A DNA stretch of 64,000 bases from Lewinellaceae bacterium (GTDB lineage Bacteria; Bacteroidota; Bacteroidia; Chitinophagales; Saprospiraceae): contig CANJPT010000008.1 of the NCBI GenBank assembly GCA_947476195.1, forward strand, positions 1,084-65,083, given 5' to 3'. Under the pieces are notes generated by a model. The model had not been told where the DNA came from. It saw nothing but the letters and a program-made list of their open reading frames with translations, and made no database searches. Position numbers and translations under genes: made by a program. Position 1 is the first letter of the stretch. The number at the start of each line of letters is the position of its first letter. Positions 46,724-55,453 of this stretch are shown in pieces.

Positions 46724-48169
46724 TTAGCCTAAAATACCTTGAACAATCTTTCCACTTACATCAGTCAAACGATACCGACGCCCCAAGTGTTTATACACCA
46801 GTTTTTCATGGTCTAAACCCATCAAATGCAATGCCGTAGCATGAAAATCATGTACATGCACCGGATTCGAAGCAATATTGTAGCCAAACTCATCCGTTTC
46901 ACCGTACACGCCAGGTTTGATGCCGCCACCAGCCATCCAGATGGTAAAACACCGTGGATGGTGATCCCGACCGTAGTTATCCGGCGTTAAAACGCCCTGA
47001 CAAAAGTTGGTTCTTCCAAATTCGCCCCCCCATATTACAAGCGTTTCGTCCAATAGACCCCGTTGTTTCAAATCTGTGATCAGCGCAGCAGATGCCTGGT
47101 CGGTGTCGATACATTGACCAACGATCTGGGATGGCAGATTATCATGAGCATCCCAGCCCTGATGGTAAAGCTGCACAAACCGGACACCACTTTCAGAAAG
47201 TTTTCGGGCAAGAAGGCAGTTGGCCGCATAGGTGCCTGGAACCAGACAATCCGGTCCGTAAAGCTTAATGATCCCTTCCGGTTCTTTGCTGACATCGGTA
47301 ACTTCCGGAATGGCCGTTTGCATCCGGTAGGCCATCTCATATTGTTGAATCTTGGCCTTTATTTCAGGATCACCAAAAGTTTGAAAACTTTCTTCGTTCA
47401 GGCTGGCTAAGCGATCCAACATTCGCCTGCGATCCGCCTTATCGATGGCATCTGGATTGTTCAAATATAACACCGGGTTTTCGCCGTTGCTAAACTGGAC
47501 GCCCTGGTGTACAGAATCCAAAAATCCATTGGTCCACAATTTGGAATAAACACCCTGACTATTTCCCTTTCCTTTGGAAAGTAGCACACAAAAAGCCGGG
47601 AGATTCTTGTTTTCGCTACCCAAACCATAACTCAACCAGGCCCCCATACTTGGGCGATTCCCCACCTGCGCACCCGTTTGAAAAAAAGTCAGGGCAGGGT
47701 CGTGGTTGATCGCTTCCGTGTACATAGTACGGATGAAGCAGAGATCGTCTGCAATCTTCGCTGTATGGGGAAGGAGTTCACTTAACCACATGCCATGCGC
47801 TCCATATTGCTGGAAGGCAAATTTCGACCCTGCTAATGGAAATGTCTTTTGATTTGAAGTCATACCCGTCAGGCGTTGGCCCATTCGGATGGATGCCGGA
47901 AGATCCTGGCCCTGCATTTCGCGCAGTTTAGGCTTGTAATCAAAGAGATCCAGTTGGGAAGGCGCGCCATTTTGAAACAAATAGATGACACGTTTTGCTT
48001 TGGGTGCAAAATGGGGTAAGCCAGCCATGATCATTTCTTCTCCATTGCCGGAAAAGAGTTCTGGGATCATCAAAGATCCCAATGCAATACCGCCCAGTCC
48101 CAGACTCATACGAGACAGGAATTTTCGGCGGTTCATGTTCAGGCCATGTTCTAAAAGTTCTTTTTCCAT
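46724..48169 (-). CDS. DUF1501 protein (sulfatase-like fold, Tat signal)
   Basis: NRRKFLSRMSLGLGGIALG Tat motif, ...GGWD.H.N and WGGEFGRT hallmark motifs. 481 aa. Confidence 0.9.
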   Translation of the reverse strand: MEKELLEHGLNMNRRKFLSRMSLGLGGIALGSLMIPELFSGNGEEMIMAGLPHFAPKAKRVIYLFQNGAPSQLDLFDYKPKLREMQGQDLPASIRMGQRLTGMTSNQKTFPLAGSKFAFQQYGAHGMWLSELLPHTAKIADDLCFIRTMYTEAINHDPALTFFQTGAQVGNRPSMGAWLSYGLGSENKNLPAFCVLLSKGKGNSQGVYSKLWTNGFLDSVHQGVQFSNGENPVLYLNNPDAIDKADRRRMLDRLASLNEESFQTFGDPEIKAKIQQYEMAYRMQTAIPEVTDVSKEPEGIIKLYGPDCLVPGTYAANCLLARKLSESGVRFVQLYHQGWDAHDNLPSQIVGQCIDTDQASAALITDLKQRGLLDETLVIWGGEFGRTNFCQGVLTPDNYGRDHHPRCFTIWMAGGGIKPGVYGETDEFGYNIASNPVHVHDFHATALHLMGLDHEKLVYKHLGRRYRLTDVSGKIVQGILG

Positions 48170-48172
48170 AAT

Positions 48173-50497
48173 TTAGGATCGTGTTATGGCTTCTTCCATG
48201 TTATAGATCGTATTCACGACTTTCATTAGGGCCGCAGATTCATCCAGGTTTAAGGTCTTATTTATCGGCGAATCTCCGATGGTCAATGTTTTCAGTGCAT
48301 TTAGCTTCTTTTCCCGGAACAACTGAAGTTGTTCCGAATAATAGCCGGTCAAGATGGCCATTTCCTTTGTGGATACTTTTCGGCAGATAATAATTCGAAA
48401 TGCCTGCGCTATTTTTTCTTCAATGGTCTTTTGATCCAGCAGCAAATGTTGGGCGAGCACCCTGGAAGCCTCTAGTACCGTTGGGTCATTCATCATAATA
48501 AATGCCTGCAAAGGGGTGTTTGTTCTGGAGCGTTTCACCTGGCATTGATCCCGGTTACTGGCATCAAATACCACCATGGAAGGTGGCGGCTGGGTAAGTT
48601 TGATAAAGGTGTACATCCCTCTTCGATACAGGGCGCTGTCATTATCCTGTTCGTAGGTTTTCAGAAGACCCCGGCCGGAAGTTGCGCCTTCCCAAAGGCC
48701 CTTGGGCTGATAGGGTTTTACACTGGGCCCACCAATTTCTTTGACCAACAACTGACTGGTTTCCAGGACAATATCACGGATAAATTCTGCTTTTAACCGC
48801 ATCCTGGAGGATCTTGACAAGTAAACATTGTCTGGGTCCATGGACAGATGTTGCTCCTTAATTTCTGAAGATTGTCTGTAAGTGGCAGACATTACTATTT
48901 GTTTTACCAGACGCTTTATGTCCCAGTTGTGCTCCATAAGATCTACAGCCAACCAGTCTAATAATTCGGGGTGGGAGGGGAGGTTACCTTGCATTCCAAA
49001 ATCGCCAGTTGTTTTTACCAGACCTGTTCCAAAAAATTCCTGCCACATTTGGTTGACAAATACGCGTGCGGTTATCGGATTTTCTTTTGTGACGGTCCAT
49101 TGGGCAAGTCCAAGCCTATTTCGTTGAAACCGGGTGGTATCAAAAGGCAAGACCGCTGAAAGTGCTGCAGGCTTCACGACTTCTCCGTGCTTGTCATAAG
49201 CACCCCGATTTAAGATGTATGTGATTCTTGGGGTATCTAATTCTCCCATTACAGATACCATTACAGGGCTGGTATCGCGTTTGTTGATAAAGCGGAGAAT
49301 GCTTTTTACCTCCGGGTCAGTAAGGGTCAAAACGGGTGTTTTGGCTGGTTTTGAAGCGCTTACATCCCCTTCAAAACCGACTTCTTTAGAGGTATTAAAA
49401 AAGCTAAAGAGCTGGTAATAATCCTTTTGAGAAATGGGATCGTATTTATGATCATGGCATTGAGCACATTCAACGCTAAGGGCCAACATACCTTTAGCGT
49501 ATGTCTTTACCTTATCCAAAGCATATTCTACCCGATATTCCTCTGGGATAACCCCCCCTTCTTCCGTGTATTTATGGTTTCGCAGAAAAGCCGTAGCCAG
49601 GATCTGTTCCTTGCTTGCATTGGGCAATAAGTCACCTGCAAGCTGCCAGGTTACAAACTGGTCATAGGGCATATTGTCATTAAACGCATGAATGACCCAA
49701 TCCCGATAGGGCCATTGGCTACGGATATTATCATCCTGATATCCATAACTGTCTGAAAATCTGGCAATATCAAGCCAGTATAGGGACATTTTCTCGCCAT
49801 ATTGAGGTGTATTGAGCAATCGCTGAACGACTTTTTCATAGGCATGTTCTGAATTATCTGCCATGAAATCATCTATTTCAGCTTCGGTAGGCAGGAGCCC
49901 AGTCAGATCAATGGACACCCGCTTCAGCAAATGTTCCTTCTGCGCTTCAATATTGGGTTCAAGGCCTTTTTCGGTCATTTTGGCCAGAACAAAATAATCG
50001 ATTTCGTTTTTGGGCCATTGCGGATCCTTCACTTTAGGCAATTCTGATTTTAATGGAGACAACAAGGCCCAGTGTTTTTCATAGACAGCCCCCTGTTTGA
50101 TCCATCGCTCCAGGATCTTAACTTCACGCTCAGTTAAACGATCCAGATGAGATTCCGGCGCAGGCATCAGATAATCAACATTTTGTGAAGTTACCCGCTT
50201 CATGAGTTCTGATGACTCAGGTTTGCCAGGAACGATGGTGTAAGCACCTTTTGTTTCCTGACAGGCAGCATAGGCACTTTCAGCCTGATCCAGACGCAGA
50301 CCTGCTTTTAATTTATTTTTATCCGGCCCATGGCAGGTGAAGCATTTATCGGAAAGGATTGGGCGGACATGAAAGTTATAGCTGATCTTGTCAGGTATAT
50401 CAGTATGCTCGCTGTTCTTTGATTTGCTACAAGCTATCCAAAGGCTAAATGCGATAAAAAATGCAGCAAAAAATGCTAAAAACTTAATTTTTGGCAT
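48173..50497 (-). CDS. PSCyt2 / DUF1549 / DUF1553 (PSD1) lipoprotein
   Basis: Lipobox (LWIAC), heme-type CFTCHGPD, the DUF1549 IDYFV..K....GL.P pattern and the DUF1553 ECAQCHDHKYDPISQKDYY motif. Confidence 0.9.
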   Translation of the reverse strand: MPKIKFLAFFAAFFIAFSLWIACSKSKNSEHTDIPDKISYNFHVRPILSDKCFTCHGPDKNKLKAGLRLDQAESAYAACQETKGAYTIVPGKPESSELMKRVTSQNVDYLMPAPESHLDRLTEREVKILERWIKQGAVYEKHWALLSPLKSELPKVKDPQWPKNEIDYFVLAKMTEKGLEPNIEAQKEHLLKRVSIDLTGLLPTEAEIDDFMADNSEHAYEKVVQRLLNTPQYGEKMSLYWLDIARFSDSYGYQDDNIRSQWPYRDWVIHAFNDNMPYDQFVTWQLAGDLLPNASKEQILATAFLRNHKYTEEGGVIPEEYRVEYALDKVKTYAKGMLALSVECAQCHDHKYDPISQKDYYQLFSFFNTSKEVGFEGDVSASKPAKTPVLTLTDPEVKSILRFINKRDTSPVMVSVMGELDTPRITYILNRGAYDKHGEVVKPAALSAVLPFDTTRFQRNRLGLAQWTVTKENPITARVFVNQMWQEFFGTGLVKTTGDFGMQGNLPSHPELLDWLAVDLMEHNWDIKRLVKQIVMSATYRQSSEIKEQHLSMDPDNVYLSRSSRMRLKAEFIRDIVLETSQLLVKEIGGPSVKPYQPKGLWEGATSGRGLLKTYEQDNDSALYRRGMYTFIKLTQPPPSMVVFDASNRDQCQVKRSRTNTPLQAFIMMNDPTVLEASRVLAQHLLLDQKTIEEKIAQAFRIIICRKVSTKEMAILTGYYSEQLQLFREKKLNALKTLTIGDSPINKTLNLDESAALMKVVNTIYNMEEAITRS

Positions 50498-50623
50498 GAA
50501 AAAGATTCAAACATGGTGGTTTATTCCCCAAATAATCGGGGTAAATATCACAATTTTATTTTTGTTGAATCCTTAAATGCGGAAAGAAAAAAAGGGCACA
50601 GGTTAGGGGAGCGGGTAGGGGCC

Positions 50624-52024
50624 TCAATACCCTAAGATCTTCAACATTGAGTCTGAATCCTGTTCTTTGAAAATTTCCCAATCTACAAACTCGCCATAAT
50701 AGTTTTTGTCAATCAGAATGTGCTTTGGAGCAGGGATCAGACAGTGTTTCAAGCCACCATATCCGCTCAACGCTTCCTGATAAGCACCGGTATGGAAAAA
50801 TCCAAGGTATAATGGCTCGTCTTTTTCTGCATCATAGGAGGGAAGGTAGACCTGGTTTATATGTGCCTCGGAGTTGTAATAATCTGCATTATCGCAACTT
50901 ATCCCTCCGATATTTACGCGTTGGTATTCTTTTTCCCAATGATTTACAGGCAACAAAATAAATCGCTCTTTAATACCCCAGCTGTCTGGCAATGTGTTGA
51001 TCAGCGAATTATCCAGCATATACCATTCTTCAGAATCGTTCTGTTGTTTTTTCCCAATTACGGAGAAAATGGTTGCTCCGCTCTCTCCAACCGTGAATTT
51101 TCCAAATTCTGAGTAGATATCGGGTTCTGGTACACCTTCGCTATCACAGGCATCTTTGATCATTCGTACGATCTCGCTAACCATATAAGGGTAGTCGTAT
51201 TCAAAACCCAAAGAATTCCTAATCGGCATTCCACCGCCTATGTTAAAACAGGAAAGGGTAGGGCAGAGCTTTCGAAGCTGGCAATACGTTTTGATACCTT
51301 TTTTTAGCTCACTCCAATAATACAAGGAATCTTTTATGCCAATGTCCACAAAAAAATGGAGCATTTTGAGTTCAAACTTAGGGTTTGTGGCTAATTTTTC
51401 CTTGTAGAAGGTTAATATCTCACTTTGCCGAATTCCAAGTCTGGAGGTGTAAAACTCAAAGTTAGGCTCCTCTTCTGTAGCCATGCGCAATCCGATACCA
51501 TGGGTCCCGGTTTTGAGCATGGAATCGTAAATCTCTAACTCCTGAGCGTTGTCCACCACAGGGGTCACATTCGTAAAGCCTTCTTCTATAAGACCCACAA
51601 TACGCTGAACGTATTGCATAGGTTTATAGCCGTTATTTACAATGATGGTGCCTTTGTTGATCTTTCCCTGTTTGTATAGTCTCCAGATCAGGTCTATGTC
51701 GAACGCGGAGGAAGTTTCCAGCTGCGTCCCATTTTCCAGCACCTCATTTAGAATAAATGAAAAGTGAGAGCTTTTAGTACAGTAGCAATAGACGTACTTT
51801 CCGTTGTAGTTATGCCGCTGAATGGCATCCCTGAAAAGCTTGCGCGCTGTCTGGATTTTTTCACCAATTTTAGGCAGGTAGGTGAGTTTGAGGGGCGTAC
51901 CATATTTTTTTATAAGATCGTATACATCGATCTCATTGAATAACAGGCGGTTGTTTCTAAGGCTAAATCCGTCCTGAGGAAAGTCAAATGTCTGCGCTAC
52001 AAGGTCGTGGTAAGTGTTTTTCAT
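50624..52024 (-). CDS. Arginine decarboxylase-like fold-III PLP-dependent decarboxylase
   Basis: 466 aa. The N-terminal YGTPL...YLP and CYCTKSS (PLP Lys context), NIGGG and C-terminal FHTGAYQ patterns match the short Bacteroidota arginine decarboxylase type. Confidence 0.7.
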   Translation of the reverse strand: MKNTYHDLVAQTFDFPQDGFSLRNNRLLFNEIDVYDLIKKYGTPLKLTYLPKIGEKIQTARKLFRDAIQRHNYNGKYVYCYCTKSSHFSFILNEVLENGTQLETSSAFDIDLIWRLYKQGKINKGTIIVNNGYKPMQYVQRIVGLIEEGFTNVTPVVDNAQELEIYDSMLKTGTHGIGLRMATEEEPNFEFYTSRLGIRQSEILTFYKEKLATNPKFELKMLHFFVDIGIKDSLYYWSELKKGIKTYCQLRKLCPTLSCFNIGGGMPIRNSLGFEYDYPYMVSEIVRMIKDACDSEGVPEPDIYSEFGKFTVGESGATIFSVIGKKQQNDSEEWYMLDNSLINTLPDSWGIKERFILLPVNHWEKEYQRVNIGGISCDNADYYNSEAHINQVYLPSYDAEKDEPLYLGFFHTGAYQEALSGYGGLKHCLIPAPKHILIDKNYYGEFVDWEIFKEQDSDSMLKILGY

Positions 52025-52285
52025 TGAAAAACAAGCAATTGCGAATAATGAGGTTGTGAATAAATGTGCGCAAATGTAGTAGCTTTATACAAAGCCAACC
52101 TTGAAGATTTTGCGGCATGGAAATTCAACTGGTATGATGAGCCATAAAGTGACATTCTAGAGGGATAACAGACCATCTTGCTTGGTTAATTATTGGAGCG
52201 GAATACGAGCAAAACAAGGTCCAGGGCGTTTCCCCCTTTCCCTATTTAACATAATATAAATTATAGAAATAAAATTACCCGAAAA

Positions 52286-52807
52286 TCAAAACCCTATCGG
52301 ACGTTTTATTTTGCCTTGAATGGGCGATTTTTTCAACGAAGCCATCCGTATAGCCGTTACAGCCGCTTCAACGCCTTTATTCCCATGTTTGCCACCAGCA
52401 CGGTCAATAGCCTGCTGTTCATTATTGGTCGTGATCAAGCCAAAAATATGTGGCTTACCGGTGGTTAATCCCAAGTTGGTGAGCCCAATGGCTACAGCCT
52501 GATTGATATATTCATCATGACTGGTTTCTCCCTTGATAACGCAACCCAGGCAAATGACCGCATCTACATTTTGCTGACTATTGAGCATCCGGGCGCCAAT
52601 GGTCAGTTCGAAGGAACCTGGCACCTGCATGGTGTAAATATGGTCTGGTTTGGCCCCATGCTTTATCAATGTATCGTAGCAGCCTTCGTACAGCGCATGG
52701 GTAATAGGTGCATTCCATTCGGCCACAATGATTCCAAAAGTCATTTCATCGGCGTTTGGCAAATCAGAGTCCTGGTAAGTAGAAAGGTTATTTAGTGCAG
52801 AAGCCAT
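52286..52807 (-). CDS. ribH: 6,7-dimethyl-8-ribityllumazine synthase
   Basis: FGIIVAEWN..IT..L, VPGSFEL, G.VIKGET.H and NKG.EAA motifs. Confidence 0.95.
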   Translation of the reverse strand: MASALNNLSTYQDSDLPNADEMTFGIIVAEWNAPITHALYEGCYDTLIKHGAKPDHIYTMQVPGSFELTIGARMLNSQQNVDAVICLGCVIKGETSHDEYINQAVAIGLTNLGLTTGKPHIFGLITTNNEQQAIDRAGGKHGNKGVEAAVTAIRMASLKKSPIQGKIKRPIGF

Positions 52808-52915
52808 ATTTTGGAGGATTGAATCATGCTGAACAGGGTGGAATCGGTATCGGCCTACCCCACCCTGTTAGCAAAATCTGTTTTTTAATTAAATCAATTT
52901 GTTTTGCAATTGCGC

Positions 52916-53740
52916 TTATTCAGACTTTTTACGCGAAAATTTGAAAGCAGAGGCGGCCACTTTATAAGGACCTTTTTCAGCAGGATTACCATTGGCCAGG
53001 TTGAAGAAGGTCAATGTGTCATTTTGGGCACTGTACCGATAGCCAAAATATTTAGTGGACTTATCCTTATCCTTTGAATTGTACAAGGTAATCACATCAA
53101 TATCTTGTCCAGCCACAAAGCAGTCGCCACCGGTACAAACTTCATACCGATCATAGGGTTTTAATCCTTGTAAAAAGCCACCTGGAGTAAACTGAACATC
53201 GCCGCTGGCACCTTTTCCCAATGGTTTAAATACCCCGCTAAAAAGGTTGTGGTTTAAGGCCGTTGTGAAAGCTGAATATCCATCTGCAGTTCCAGCTTTA
53301 GATTTTATAAACCGGTCCATACGAACACGATCTCCAGTTGGGTCTATCATGTTGATATCTTTATCCATGTTTGAATGATAGATCAGAAAAATAGATTTCC
53401 CTTGATTTGCGCCTAGCAATTCTACTGTATCGGCCTTATATCTGATGGGCAGCATCCAGGATTTGGTCGCATTGAAGCAAAGTGCGCTATCTGGCTTTGA
53501 TGGATTGAAACTGATCGCATAAGCATAAGGAAGATGCGAATTATTCATGGCTTGAAGTACAGAGCCATATTGATTGGCAAAAGCGCAAAAGTCCATGGCA
53601 ATCCAATGGCCCGCCAACATAATAGGATTGGCTTGCTGATTTTGTTCTGCGCCCCCGTTTGGGCCTACATTTTTAGGATCTTGCTTGCATGCAAGCATTG
53701 AAAAGATCAATAGATTAGCGAAAAGAATTACTTTGTTCAT
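52916..53740 (-). CDS. Hypothetical lipoprotein (distant paralog of 36100-36900)
   Basis: Lipobox FSMLAC, 274 aa. No family recognised. Confidence 0.55.
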   Translation of the reverse strand: MNKVILFANLLIFSMLACKQDPKNVGPNGGAEQNQQANPIMLAGHWIAMDFCAFANQYGSVLQAMNNSHLPYAYAISFNPSKPDSALCFNATKSWMLPIRYKADTVELLGANQGKSIFLIYHSNMDKDINMIDPTGDRVRMDRFIKSKAGTADGYSAFTTALNHNLFSGVFKPLGKGASGDVQFTPGGFLQGLKPYDRYEVCTGGDCFVAGQDIDVITLYNSKDKDKSTKYFGYRYSAQNDTLTFFNLANGNPAEKGPYKVAASAFKFSRKKSE

Positions 53741-53780
53741 GTGCCAGATGTTTGAGTGCGGAGGGCTTTCGCCCGGTTTG

Positions 53781-54626
53781 TTATTTTAAATATTTTGTTT
53801 TGACAAAAAAACGAGGATCCCTCGCGCCCAACTTACGGGCGGCTTCAGGGGATAGTATGATCTCAATGTTGCGCTCATAACTTACAGGAATTCTTCCAAT
53901 AACTTTAGCATACACCGTTCGATTGCTCATAGGGTTATCTACACAAATGATACTGCCAATTGCAGCATCGCGATGAAGGGCATAAAGGGAGCCTTTTTCT
54001 TTACTGTCCTTCGGCCAAACGCAAACACCTTGCGCTGCAATTTCTTTTTTAGTCAATTTCCCTTCATTGTACTGTGTCTTCAAGGCATCTGATTCGGCAG
54101 GAGCTTGTATTGTTCTCCAATCTACATGAATACCTTCCGTCCCCATCCATCCCATAAGCAGACGTTGCCCGGGCTTTAGACTATTGTTTTTCAGGTGATT
54201 GCGCTTCACAATACTATCAATCGGCATTTCAAAATATCTTTTGGATATTTGGTACAGGTTATCACCCGCTTGAACAACATAATAAATACCGATGTTTTTA
54301 GATGCTACGAAGCTGCTACTTTTGTAGCGCTTAATGGCTTTGTTTGGAATAGGAATCTTAACCCTATCCCCAACACGCAAACTTGGATCGTCCCGAAAGG
54401 ATAGATTGTACTCGAACAGTTCATCCAAATCAATATTGTAGTATTTGGAAATGGAGAACAGGGTTTGTTTTAGCTTGATGGGGTGATGAATAAACTTTCT
54501 GCCCGCTTCTACTGTGAGTAAAAGCGAATCTTTGGACGTAAGCAAGGGGGTAGGCTGATCCTTTTGTGCCAGCAATTTTATTGACAAAAGGATCAAAAAG
54601 AACACAAAAAAGAGCGTTTTTCTCAT
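53781..54626 (-). CDS. LysM-domain peptidoglycan-binding protein (2 LysM plus C-terminal RlpA/DPBB-like region)
   Basis: Two LysM units (H.IK.KQTLFSISKYY..DLDEL...N, YVVQAGDNLYQISKRY.......KRN.L) and a signal peptide. Confidence 0.7.
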   Translation of the reverse strand: MRKTLFFVFFLILLSIKLLAQKDQPTPLLTSKDSLLLTVEAGRKFIHHPIKLKQTLFSISKYYNIDLDELFEYNLSFRDDPSLRVGDRVKIPIPNKAIKRYKSSSFVASKNIGIYYVVQAGDNLYQISKRYFEMPIDSIVKRNHLKNNSLKPGQRLLMGWMGTEGIHVDWRTIQAPAESDALKTQYNEGKLTKKEIAAQGVCVWPKDSKEKGSLYALHRDAAIGSIICVDNPMSNRTVYAKVIGRIPVSYERNIEIILSPEAARKLGARDPRFFVKTKYLK

Positions 54627-54694
54627 ATGTATTGGATCAGCACAAGGGAAATTCGATGCAAAAATACTTTACTAAACCCACTCTTCTGTAAAAA

Positions 54695-55429
54695 ATGGTA
54701 CTCGCTGTTATTCCTGCCCGTTGGGCTTCTACTCGTTTCCCCGGCAAACCTCTGGCCAATATTGCTGGAAAAAGCATGATTCAACGGGTTTTAGAACAAG
54801 TTAACCAATCAACTAAGGTGGATCGTGCCATTGTAGCTACGGATGACGAGCGTATTTTTAGTCATGTTCGTGATTTTGGTGGCGAAGTAATGTTGACAAA
54901 ACCCGAACATCCGAGTGGTACCGACCGTTGTGCTGAAGTGGCGCAGGAATTCCCGGAGGCTGAAATTATATTGAATGTACAGGGAGACGAACCCTTTATT
55001 TCTCCAATTCAGATTGATTTATTAGCAGATACTTTGCTGCAAAACAGCTACTCCACTATCGCTACACTGGCCAAAAAAATTGATCGGGAAGATTTTTTGA
55101 ACAATCCAAATGTGGTTAAGGTGGTTTTTTCAGAAATTGTCGGGGCAATTTACTTCAGTCGACACCCTATTCCCTTTGTACGCGGCGTGCTGCCTGCAGA
55201 TTGGCTGCATAAACAGGATTTTTATAAACATATTGGATTGTATGGGTTTAGAAGAGATGCCCTTATGAAAATAGCAGGCCTCTCCCCTACCCCCCTGGAA
55301 ATGGCAGAATCCCTGGAGCAATTGCGTTGGCTGGAACATGGATTTCGGATTTCCGTTGGACTTACGGATCTGGAAACAATTGGAATCGACACACCAGAAG
55401 ACCTGGAAAATTTGCAGATCATTCTTTGA
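54695..55429 (+). CDS. kdsB: 3-deoxy-manno-octulosonate cytidylyltransferase
   Basis: VIPAR..S.RFPGKPL, IVATDD, GTDR and NVQGDEP motifs. Confidence 0.95.
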   Translation: MVLAVIPARWASTRFPGKPLANIAGKSMIQRVLEQVNQSTKVDRAIVATDDERIFSHVRDFGGEVMLTKPEHPSGTDRCAEVAQEFPEAEIILNVQGDEPFISPIQIDLLADTLLQNSYSTIATLAKKIDREDFLNNPNVVKVVFSEIVGAIYFSRHPIPFVRGVLPADWLHKQDFYKHIGLYGFRRDALMKIAGLSPTPLEMAESLEQLRWLEHGFRISVGLTDLETIGIDTPEDLENLQIIL

Positions 55430-55453
55430 ATTTACCATTTATATTTAGTCACC

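Noticed and set aside
50601-50623. G-rich motif GGGTAGGGG recurring at 11917-11925, 16699-16707, 43757-43765 and 50613-50621, as possible G-quadruplex or shared signal directly after stop codons.
   Set aside because: It is only 9 nt, and one copy lies inside a CDS. Most copies have fewer than four G3 runs, and the flanks are unrelated. This is compatible with chance.
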